From NCBI GenBank assembly GCA_973895155.1, contig OZ316892.1, positions 26,869,233 to 26,933,232 of the forward strand: DNA of 64,000 nucleotides, read 5' to 3'. Shown in pieces: positions 36,773 through 47,860 of the stretch. Numbering within the stretch: position 1 is the first letter of the stretch; each line of letters opens with the position of its first letter. The stretch comes from Marsupella aquatica. Lineage: Eukaryota > Plantae > Marchantiophyta. The notes below the pieces were generated by a model. That model was not told the origin of the DNA. It saw nothing but the letters and a program-made list of their open reading frames with translations, and did no database searches. Position numbers and translations under genes: made by a program.

Positions 36773-39700
36773 TTACACGAAGGCTACCGTGGACACAGGA
36801 TCACATTTCAGGAGAGGGAACTTGCAAACGTCATCTAGAGGCCCAATGCTTGGACAAGTCTGTCCCGAGGCTTTCTGAATTTGAAGATTGATGAGGGTTT
36901 GGCGATTTGCAAGTAGGCAGTCGACATGCCTTGGTAGAATTGGGATGCCATCCGGGCCCACCCACACAAAAAGGTACCCCGGCCATGGATGATCTACATG
37001 AATAGGTCGAAAAGGCACAACAATTTTCCTGCGCCACAAAACATAAACCATTACACATACGGCTAGGACATATGCAAAACATGAATCAAGTGTTGAGCAG
37101 ATTGTTACGAGCGAAGGGTGATTACCTTGTGTGATAAACCCAGTGCCAAATTTGAATGCTGTTGAAGGTCTTGCGCCTCGCAGCATGTAAAGGCAACCAA
37201 GTGTTCCTACTGTATTTGCCTCCAACATTATAGGTGTCGATGAATGGAATACTAACCCCATCCACAACTAGGTCTGAATAGGGAGGAATAATTTTGGCCA
37301 GGTTGTCAACGTGATGTGTTATGATCTTGCCCAATTCTTGGGTCCATCTCATCTTAGTCCATGATTCGGGACCAGGTAGGGGTGCACTGGTGTGTTCTTC
37401 ATTGAGGAAAGACACCTTCTTTGTCTTCTTTGCCTGTTTTTTGTGACCAGGCACCTTTTTCCTGCTAATGTGCTGTTGCTTTTCCCTTCCCTGCAAGAAC
37501 ATCAGGCATGACAATGAATTAGGGAATATAACAACAGCAAATGGCATAGAACAGGAAAGAACACAGACTGACTTGAGCCTCACCTTAATTTCCGACAAGC
37601 GTTTCTCATATGCCTTCAGACGAGTTTCATGTGTAGGTTCTCCTCCTTCTCCTTCCTGTTCCTCTGCAAATGTACTCTCTTCTGTGGCTTCTTGGCTGTC
37701 TTGTTGTGAAGATACTTGTTGTGAAGCTTCTTATTGGGCCCCATCTTCTGAGGGCCCATCTCCTGGGACACCATCATCCTCGGGCCCGTCTTCTGTGGCC
37801 CCATCTTCTTCATCCCCATCATCTTGGGCCCCATCATCTTGGGCCCCATCTTCTGTCTCCCCATCTTCTGTGGCAGGATCATCTTCTGTCTCCCCATCTT
37901 CTGTGGCAGGATCATACTCTGCCTTGTCATCTTGGGCCCCATCATGTTGGGCCCCATCTTCTGTCTCCCCATCAGAATTTTCCTTGTCTTCTGTGGCCCC
38001 ATCATCATCATCCTCTCCAACCTGTTCTTGCGAAGCATGCTCACTAGTGGCATCCTCTGCCCCATCTTCTGTGGCCCCATCAATGTCTTTCCTGTCTCCA
38101 CCCCTTTCAGCTTCATCATTTGTGTTGTCATTTGTCTGGAACGCATGACAAACATCTTCAACAGAACATCAACCAAAAGCCACAAGTAGAACATAAACCA
38201 GAAGCAGAACATAAACCAGAAGTAGAACATAAACCAGAAGACATGCCTAGTATGAATGGCATAGGGAAACACATCATACAAAATTGCGATAGGATAGGAG
38301 GTCTTGGAATAAAGGCAAAGACAATGTGAGGTACATGGAGAGTGTTGTTGATGTTTTTGCGCTTTTTCTGAGTTGGTTCATGGCTGTTTGGTACACGCCT
38401 TCTCTTCCGTGTAGACGATCTGTCAGGACCTACAGCTTTTTCCTGCACACAAGTAGAAAGAGTCGCATTCCATAATACAAAGGAAAGAACATGAATTTGC
38501 TTGGAACATCAATGTCCTTAATAGATAGCATATGAATGTGCCTAACCTGGCTTTCGATGGAGGTGTTCCTTCCCGGTGTGGCCTTGGTCCTAGACCTCAA
38601 GCCCTGTCTCTGTCCTTGTGTTTCAGAATTCTTAGCAGGCTTCTTACATGGGGCCTTAGCCTTAGCCTTACCCTTAGCTCTAGTGTTCGGAGGTGGGTCC
38701 TTCTCAACAAGGACACGCTTCTTAAATACAATGTTGTTAGCATCCAAATCAGAGCGGGAAAGATCCAGTTGGGGCATCCCATCGTCACTGCTCCATTCGG
38801 CCACATCTTCTGGAAGCATTGCCTATGACAATCATGCATTTCATATGTCAAACATCACTACCGCATTAATATAGCAATACAACATAAAGTAAAATTCACA
38901 TACCCTTCTCGACAAAACATAACTACATTTCACGTACCCGGTACCGACAGAACATAAACTACAATGAATTTACCTCATACCGACAGAACATCAACTACAT
39001 TGCACATATATACCTGGCACCGACAGAACATAAACTACAATGAACTTACCTCATAGCGACAGAACATGAACTACATATATATTGCACATACCCTAGCTCG
39101 CATCTCCTCTGGATCAATTTGGCGTCTATGATTTTTCCAGAAATCTTCAACGTTTGATTTCACAGCGTTGAGCAAGCTGGTGAAGCGTTTAGATTTCCTC
39201 CATGCATTGTACCGCTCTATGGCCTTACTCAGAACCCATGTTGTCTCATCCTCATCCCCTTCATGAGCTAACTTGAGGTTATTTGCCCATCGTAGCAACC
39301 ACGACATTCGCTGTCGCTTGAGTTTCCAAACTCGTGCAGGGTAGGAACCCGAAGTTGACTCTTTGTTGTGAATCGTGGCTGCCGTACTCAGTGGATTCCT
39401 TTAGGCACACACAAACCAAAGCATTCTCTGAATAGCAAAACATAAACCAGGAGTAATGAAATCAATCCATACCAGAACATGAACTAGTACTCGTGTGTGG
39501 ATTGAACGCAAAATGATCGAACCTCTGCCGTGCTGCCGTTTTGGGACGACCAACCGGACACGGTTTTGGATTCATGCGATGTACTGATCGCATGTGATCC
39601 AGAAAAGCCTGCTTCTTCACGAAGTGTTGACATGAGTCATCCGTCATGATTTTGCAAAGAAAACCTGACCCTAATGTTCTTCTGTGGGTTGGATTTTTAG

Positions 39701-39815
39701 CTCGCATCCAATGTTCGTTCATCTTGGCTATTGGGAACTTCTCCCATTCTGACTCCGGTGGAACAGGAGGCTTCCCCTTCCTAGGCCCTACAACACATTG
39801 CCGAGATGGCGCCAT
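36773..39815 (-). CDS. MULE-2 accessory gene (about 7 exons), unknown family; one in-frame TAA in the acidic exon (37731-37733)
   Basis: MAPSRQCVVGPRKGKPPVPPESEW..FLCKIMTDDSCQHFVKKQAFLDHMRSVH..GRPK; GSYPARVWKLKRQ..LRWANNLK; WSSDDGMP; D/E/G-rich repeats; KKVSF..SAPLPGPESW..WHWVYHTR|KIVVPF..WPGYLFVWVGPDG. All blocks are conserved in MULE-1. Confidence 0.8.
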
Positions 39816-40555
39816 TCCCTGCATGACAGTACCACAACAACGTTGAGTAGAACATAAACTGTGAATTTGAAGCAAGGGTTGGGAGCGACATTGAAACAAT
39901 CCATTTAATTGGTAATACCAGAGACTCAGTACTCATATGACATGCAGCAGCGATCAACTGAATGAGTTGCTTACTTGAGCAGGATGTCCGAGTGAATTGT
40001 CGGGCTTGAGTTTCAAAACCGCGCGAAGGCGAAATGTGATAGAACCTAAACAATGACACAGTATTTGCAAATGAGGAAAAAACCGAAACATCCGATGCTT
40101 GCAATGACGATCTCGTTCAAAGCAGTGGGATCACAATCCTGACGTCGTGTGCAGGCAAAGCGCGCTTGAGTGGTCTGGCAGGGTTTCGACAGCAGTCGAC
40201 TATCGAGACGGGGCAGGGGAGGGGAGGGGAGACGGTTCGTGCTCCCGCCCGATTTCGAAACGGACGGACGACGGACGGAATGGCAGTTGTGGCGGTCGAA
40301 ATCAAAATGGTAGAACATAAACCGAAGTCGCGTCGGGGAACGGGCAGGCTGCATTGGATTTCGTGACGGGCAGGGTACGGGGTGCCGCTAAACTTGGAGC
40401 GCATTAACGCAGCGTAGATTTAACGCAGGGTGTATTCTCGCCGTAGCCGTAGCCGCGTCCCATGATCGATCGACGGTGCGAGTTCCTGTGTACATCGAGA
40501 AGATAATAATTAAGCGCATCAGCGATGACGTTGGCGACGTTGGAGATTTGGTGGG

Positions 40556-40563
40556 TATAAAAA
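40556..40563 (+). promoter_or_regulatory. TATA box of the metallothionein gene
   Basis: TATAAAAA about 170 bp upstream of the ATG. Confidence 0.6.
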
Positions 40564-40727
40564 ATCGCATATCGTATCGTATGGTGAGAGAGATCCATTA
40601 AGCATTTAGTCGCGCACTCCAGCAATCTAGCAAGAAGGAGAGCTTTTCAATCGGCTCGATCGATCGGCGACTTTGGATCTCGGAAACCTGCGTTGCGTCT
40701 CTCTCTTCGTTTCATCGACCAGGAAAG

Positions 40728-41824
40728 ATGTCGGGCTGCGGAAACGACAAGTGCACCTGCGGATCCGGCTGCACCGGCTGCAGGTCTGTGAATCGATGGA
40801 CCGGTCGAATTTCGGTTGCTCGGCTGACGATAGAATGATAGACTGGCCTGATTGAGATGATAGAATGATTGATTTGCTTTGCGGTTCGTTTTATCGATGA
40901 GAGGTTTTGTCGACGTAAAGGACTCCTTAGTTACTTGTCGTCAGTCAATTGCAGCTATTCAGTAAACGGTATTGCTGATTTTTGAGAATTCATAGTATTG
41001 ATGGTTCTTGAGAAATCATGGCCTGCTTGATTTGGAGAATTTGACAGATTGTTCGATTCATGCTTGTTTGCCGAATTTGGCTATAATTTCGTTTCTGTTC
41101 AAGCCATGATGGAGCGGGTGCACCAGTTTGTTTTGCTGCGATGGAGTGTTTACTGCATGACTGACTGATGCAAGGCTGTCTTATTGACTGACTAATTGAT
41201 GTTGAAATTTGGTTTTCGGATCTGCGCACATATAGTTGTCTTAATGTAGATGTTATCAGCAAGTTTCAGCTATCACTTTACGTGTGGATTCTCGCTGACC
41301 TCTCTCAGATATGATCGCTTTTGCGCTTTTATCTGAAGATTGACAGGGGCAAATTGTGAATCAAAATTGACATATCCCAATCGCATCTGTTGGGCTTCTT
41401 GGTCTGGCTTGTTGGGACCCAACAAATGCTTATCATTGCCCATTAATTTGTTATTCAGCTGTACAAAATCCTCTCAGTTGTATGTTCTCTAACTCGTTTG
41501 CATCGTTTCTTATTATTGCAGCTGCTCGAAGAACATGGACGACTCCATGCTGACCACGGGGTCAGTTTACAGTTACCTGAGACTATGGTTGCCGTTCATG
41601 TGTCTTCATTTCCACCTGTCTGCTCGTCCGCAATGGTCTTGTTATTGAAGTTATTGTCCAATTTCGGGTTTCTTACGGTGAATTGCGGCAATTTGGGAAA
41701 CTAATTGTTAGCATGCCAAATGTTACTGCGCAGTTTTGAATGCGACACGGACGGATGCTCGTGCTCTGCCTGCAGCAACTGTGCACCAAGCTGCGGCTGC
41801 AGCTCGTGCGGTTCCAACCACTGA
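40728..41824 (+). CDS. MT: Metallothionein, 61 aa; exons 40728-40783, 41522-41560, 41734-41824
   Basis: Spliced product MSGCGNDKCTCGSGCTGCSCSKNMDDSMLTTGFECDTDGCSCSACSNCAPSCGCSSCGSNH; 14 Cys in two clusters; both GT-AG introns are phase 2. Confidence 0.9.
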
Positions 41825-44039
41825 ACCGTAGGATGTGTGATATGCATGGTCGCACGGGGTTGGATTCGCCTATGAAGCTAATTCCTTGGCCCGCTTGTCA
41901 CTTCTGCGATTGACAACGAGCTCCGACCAGAATGTGTCAAATCAGAAACGGCTCAATATGTAATTAACGGTTCACCACAGGATTCGTCTGAGTCAAACTT
42001 ACCTATGAGGGTTACCTAGCACCCTGTATCGAAAAGTGGTATCCAGTTTTCCCAGCTTGGAAAACTGTAGTTCGATTTGCAACAATAAATTTGTATAAAG
42101 TATGTCGTTTCAGTGTACCCTCGTCACTTTTGCCTATTTGAGTTGCCTGATTTGTGCGGGACTAGCCTCCCGTGTTCTTACCCTAAAGTGACTGATCAAT
42201 CTTCAAGTATAAGTGTTGCGAATTCTAATGTTGCATCAAGCTCTGCTCAGGACTGGCTTATGTTCACTAATAGGCTTTCGCTGTAACGTCCTCGTATCTG
42301 TAGTTACTCCGTTTCCTGCGTACCTCTTCGCTGAAACCCGGGGCTGAAAGACGGGCTGTGCAAGTTTTGGTTGATGTAGGTTGTGCACGTTTTATTAAGA
42401 AGCCTTAATTTCTCTTGGTTCAATCTGCAACTTTACGAAGCAGTCCTCGAATACTTGAACGCTGCTCGGATTCTGACGAGCAGATTGTGAAATCGATGTT
42501 AGTGTGTTCTAGAACGCGCACTGTACAACTCATGGAAAGCAGTAGTCATCTCTGTGTTTGGCTTTTGGAGTTTTGGACACCGAATTTCGTTGTGCGTTGA
42601 TATGGTCGTCCTTCCGACACTACCGGCCTCAGACAGTCCAGTTGTGGAGGTACCTATGCCAAGATTAGTCTGAACGAAAAATGGATGAATCACCGCCGCA
42701 AAACAATGATGGGGAAAAATCTAGCATGAATCACTGCCGCAAAAGATGGGGAAGTAGAGTATGGCTGTTCCTCGCAACTGGAGCTGGTAACTTGTTGGTT
42801 TCTCATCGCAACTGTCGCCAGTGACTTGTTGGTTTCTCAGAGATAAACAAGTTGGCGTTTACTTTAGTGGGATGATGGAGACCTCAATTCGATCAGGGCT
42901 AAAAGGAAAGTTGGCTCCATAAATTTCCTATCACCATCACAGACAGCAAACCGTTCTGAGTGCGAAGCGTTGAGCAAGCCATTGATTTGGATGAAATTTG
43001 CAAAGCTTGCATTCTTGAATTTCTAGCGAACGGTCGCCTAGCTTGATCATGACTGGTAAAGAATAGCGACAACGGTGAACACAATCTTTTCAGAAGAGTT
43101 CTGCCTCGGCTCTATGCTATCGACTCAGCATATGGCAACTGGTGTATCTCAACCAATCAGCCAATTCACAAATTGCACTTCACTTGAATGCATGATATCA
43201 TGATTTCATGGTCGGTGGTGACGGCCATTTACGAATGAAATGTGTTGTTTAGATAAACCGTCTTCAGCTTGGACTCACGATTATTCCCTTTGAAAACGAC
43301 GCGCACGGCTTCGATCAAATGCCTGCAACAAAGAAAAGATGCAACCCAACGAAAAGAATCCTGAGAAACAATCAACGAAGTCCATTCAAAGTTAAGCAAT
43401 CGAGCCTTCCCCAAAAGACACAGGCAGTGAAGCTTGATGATACTTGAGATCATAATCTGCATTCATGAGAGGGTATCACATTTAGTCAAGTTTCATCCAT
43501 TTGACTTAGTATCACATTTAGTCAAAGTTTCATCCATTTGATTTAACAATTAGAAACTATGTCCAGAGAGACATGGTTGTGGTAGTTCAATTGATTTAGA
43601 CTCACAGGTCTAGAGTTCGAATGCTCTTGTGGGGTTTTCACAAATCTCCCCTTGAAAACAAGAAAAATTATACTTAGAAACTATAATAAAAACTCTCGCT
43701 CTTTTTCCATTCCCAAAGCTTGGATATCTAAGTACACTCTCTTAGCACCATTTACAGTTTTGGTTTGGCCTCTAAATGGGCTCCAAGTAGCTTGCAGCCA
43801 GTTTCATTCAGTTGACTAATACATAGCTCTTCATGCCCAAATTACGTTGTCCCCAAGTTACTTAGTGGTGAAGTATGATGAAGGCGACAAGTTGAAGAAG
43901 ACGGAAATGAAGCTGCCAGGTGTGACGATAGTCGAGTGGTCAGCTATGGTATAACAGCTTTGCCAGCATTATATAGGGGGTAAAGGTAAGACCGTGATGA
44001 TTGAAGCCCTTTGTTCATGGCAGTTCTTTGACGTGAGTA

Positions 44040-44894
44040 CAGTGAACCCTGGATAAACGCACCCTCTCGGGAAGAATGATCTGGTGTGCACTTAAGCAGG
44101 TGTTGCATGACTGGATAAGCGCACATCCCACTAAAAGTGCTGTAATAGATAAGTGCACTAATCCTAAGTGTGCTTAATTTGGATTCCTCAGAAATTGTCA
44201 CTCGAGCTTCTTGGGCAGTGAGGAACCAACGATACAGGCTTTCTTCCAGATCTGGGCAAAGTGCACCACGATTTAGTTTGATTTCATTTGCAGCCACATT
44301 GGCAAGCAATGGGAAAGATTTCTTCAAGATTCTACCAACAGTAGTTTGATGTACCTTAGTGCCAAATGTTTCTGAAGCCCATTCAACTAGAGCTTTGTTT
44401 GTGAGCTCTGGATGCTTTTGCTTGTGGTGACACTTTTCTCGCTTCTGCTTGTGAGTCAGTGTAGTCACCTTCCTTTCCTCCATGTTGATTCCACCTGACA
44501 ATCCCAATGACTCATGAGCTACAGTGCGCAGCCGTGTTCGCATGCTCTATGGACCCAGTAGTCAGCCTCGTGCCTTGATCCCTGCCCTAATCGGGGCCCT
44601 AATTCTTTGCCCACTCTCCTTAAGTGCATTATCTACTCTACTAATAATGGGCATGCCTTTATTGGTAAATGACATTTCTGGAGTTTATGCATTTACATGT
44701 AAGCGCATGCAATCACTTAACCAGGGTAAGCGCTTAGAAAGTTGTCGTTTAGTGCAATGATTTTAGCCCTATGTGCGCTTAGAAAAAACGCTTTAAAATA
44801 GCTTATCCTGTGTAAAAAAAAAGGGAAGAACAAGATGGCATGCAATAATCCAGGGTAAGCGTTTATGGAGAGTGCATTTATCCAGAGTTAACTG
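44040..44894 (-). mobile_element. Non-autonomous pogo/Tigger-like (Tc1/mariner) element retaining only the HTH-coding region (~44187-44483)
   Basis: TA on both sides; 27-bp imperfect TIRs CAGT(G/T)AAC(C/T)CTGGATAAA(C/T)GCAC(C/T)CTC; peptide LTHKQKREKC..VHQTTVGRILKK..PDLEESLYRWF resembles CENP-B-type HTH domains; DDE region absent. Confidence 0.88.
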
Positions 44895-47860
44895 TACTTT
44901 GTCGCTGCAAAGCTATTAGAGATTTCAAATAATTATGCACCTTTAGTCCGTTCTACCAAGATTTTTTAATTTGACTTTTAGTTGTACAGAATGACATAAA
45001 TGTAGATAAGCAATCAATGAGAGCATTTACCATCCATTTGTAGCTGATTGTCTCATGATTGGGTGTCAAATGGTTGTCACAATCCATGGGATAGTTGGAG
45101 ACAACTTAACAATCCATCAGCGCGGGTTTTCATTTCCAAAAGTGTTTTCTCAGAAAATCCTCAAACTCTGTGAGATAATAATAGGTTCAGAAATTAAGGT
45201 TCGAAATTAAGCAAAGATGTAGAAGCTTCCCAAACAAACACTTTTCAATTGGTCAGGATGCCTGAAAATAAATTCATGAGGCATCCATAACAAAAGTGAA
45301 ATGTACTTCCAAAAGCAGTCAGTCATTTCTTTCCCCAGTGTAAATTGACGGCTGACTTCATGCAGTCATCTGAACGGGCAGAAGAAACCCCCTCTTGTCC
45401 ATCCCGGTTTAATATTCTTTTTCCTGACATGATCACATTTTTTCACTAGATTAATGGGCCTCTATGCACAAGCCTCCCTTCCTAGGCTTGCCTCTCTTTG
45501 CATCTCTCAAATAAGTGAGATTAAAAGAGAGAAAATGATGAGAAGAAAAAGGACAAACTTTCAAGAAAAAATGCAAAAAGTTCATAATGAGTACACATTA
45601 AAAAAGTGTCAAGTTAACTTTTGTCCCTTGGGAGTCTCTAGTTTTTTTTAAATAATTTTTTTTTAAATAATTTTGTGTTTTGATATAGAAAATATTTGGT
45701 TTTGTGTTTTCTTATGTCTCCTCCATCTCTAGTTGCCTTGCAGGTGCAGAACTAAATATTATTTTAGGACTCATAATCATCAAATCATGGGTCCCAAATT
45801 CCCATGGACCACCAAAATGTGGAGGGAGCACTATGTTCATCATCGTGGTCCACCCTTGCTTCAGTTTGAATATTTGGCACTAGGACTAACATGGATCACG
45901 TTATTTTTCACACAAAAAATGAGTTTTTAAAAAGAAAATTATTTGGTGACCTATGGGAGGTTATTTCTTTGTTTTTCTATATGACTCCCTTTGTACTTTT
46001 CAGGGCATTGATTACTTGGCAAAGAATGTCAGGTCACCACTTGGATCACGTAGTTTAGAAGATCCTCCTGTGCTTTCACTAAAATTAGTAAACATAAACC
46101 TTCCTTAGGCATTCAAGTGTATTATGGGATTGTTTCCAGAGCATTATTGGGCAATAGTAACGCCTCAAAACTTGAGATAAACCTGTCATTTTGGGGGGCA
46201 TTATATCCCACAATGCCCTGTCAGCAGGACATTGGTATGTTCAAAGATAAGCCAGTTCAGGAAGTTTGACCCAAGCAAAGTGACCGTGATGAATCCATCT
46301 GAGTATCTCCACCTAGGTGCCACTTTCTGGGTTCTGGTGAGAGAAGAGAATGGAAAAAGCAATCCCAATGGCTGGATCGCAATTTTAGGAACTTGGTTTT
46401 CTAGCAGTTTCAGCTGGGTCCCCAGGCACTTTCCTAGGCAAAAAAGGGTTGCTGGGTCTTTGTCTCGGAAGTAATCAATGGCTTGAAATGCATTTCACAA
46501 GTACTCACCTGAAGATCTGGAGTAAAGTGTTTGTTTCTGTCCTCGCAGCTCCCATGTGTATGGCTAGGGTGGATTTCCTGAAGCATTTCCAGTTGCTCTA
46601 GTTGTGGAACCTTAGTAACTCCAAATTTTATTCCCAGTAAATAAATATCTATTTAGGCAAGAAATTCCTGGATACATATTGTAAATCTCCCATGAACCTA
46701 GATCACTGTTGAAAATGCTCTAAGCTATGGGTTTAATTGAGTGCAGGGCCTTCCCGGCACAGCTTTAACGAGTATTCATTGACATTTTTCGAGCAGCAAT
46801 GGCCTGTTCATGATGCTACTGACTATGAGCACAAATCGCAGTCTGCATGTTGAATCTTTTTGTTCGTTGGCATGTCACCGTTAGCAGTATGGTCTTGGGT
46901 CAAGAACATTTGTTGTAGTAATCAATTGGTGTACCACAGCTCATTGGTATCAGTGATTCGATGGCCACTTCCTATAGTTGTCTTCGCATTACTTACATGG
47001 ACTTTGGGTACAAATGACTGAACCTGTCTGGTCTGGCCTTGTTATTGGCACAAGTAGCGGTTGTACGAGCTTATGTATTTCAGCAGTTCCTGAATGAGAC
47101 TGCTGATTCCAATTTGATCAGATCCCTTCAATTTGATGAACTTCACCACTTTCGATCAAACCATGTTGATTCATCGTCTCATGACCACGACAGGCTCGTA
47201 TCCAGTGCAATAGAAACACAGATTGCACGAAAAATTCATATCCAAAAAATCGTATCCATCAAATTAACCACCGAACCTAGAGAGTAATATCGTTCCTGGT
47301 TATGGGAGAACACAAAATGACCACTCGAGCAAGGCAAGCGTCATTACACTGTATGCCCCTGAAGCGTAGTTGCAGCCAACAATGCTCCGTAGACATTTTC
47401 GATGAGTGTCTTGTGTGTCATGATAGCGTGTCCAAAAAGAGATTCAAGGATCGGTAAGAGGGTGTTTGTTCAGAAGATTCGGTCTCGTGATCAATTTGAG
47501 GTGTCTATGTCTCGACCTCCTGTTACACCCTACATATGCCAATACATCACACTCGTTATAACTGAATGAAAGTCTACATTATGACCGACATTAACAATAC
47601 TACAGAGGAAGAAAATTCTTCTCTCGTTTCCGGCCTCTTATTAGGTCTTACCCTGCATTTTATCTCGAGAACAATCTGACCCTCCTGCACATGTGCATGT
47701 GAGGTTGTTTTGGAGGCTATTCAGCAAAAAATATCGTCACTCGTGTATGTCTAATTAGAATTCGTTCTCTCATATTGAATCGTGGGATATGGAATCTCAA
47801 ACCCCGAACTGAAATGGGTTCCTTTGCAGAGCAACCCGAGAGGAGAACAATCATGCTTTC

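Larger units (their letters stand above)
31286..40431 (+). mobile_element. MULE-2: Mutator-like DNA transposon, 9.1 kb, related to MULE-1
   Basis: ~274-bp TIRs (31286-31559 / 40158-40431, two mismatches seen) beginning ACCCTGC(A/G)TTAAATCTACGCT; perfect 9-bp TSD GTATTCTCG (31277-31285, 40432-40440). Confidence 0.97.

Noticed and set aside
42400-47800. Possible gene around the pogo-like insertion
   Set aside because: Isolated splice-like signals but no reading frame I could join or recognise.
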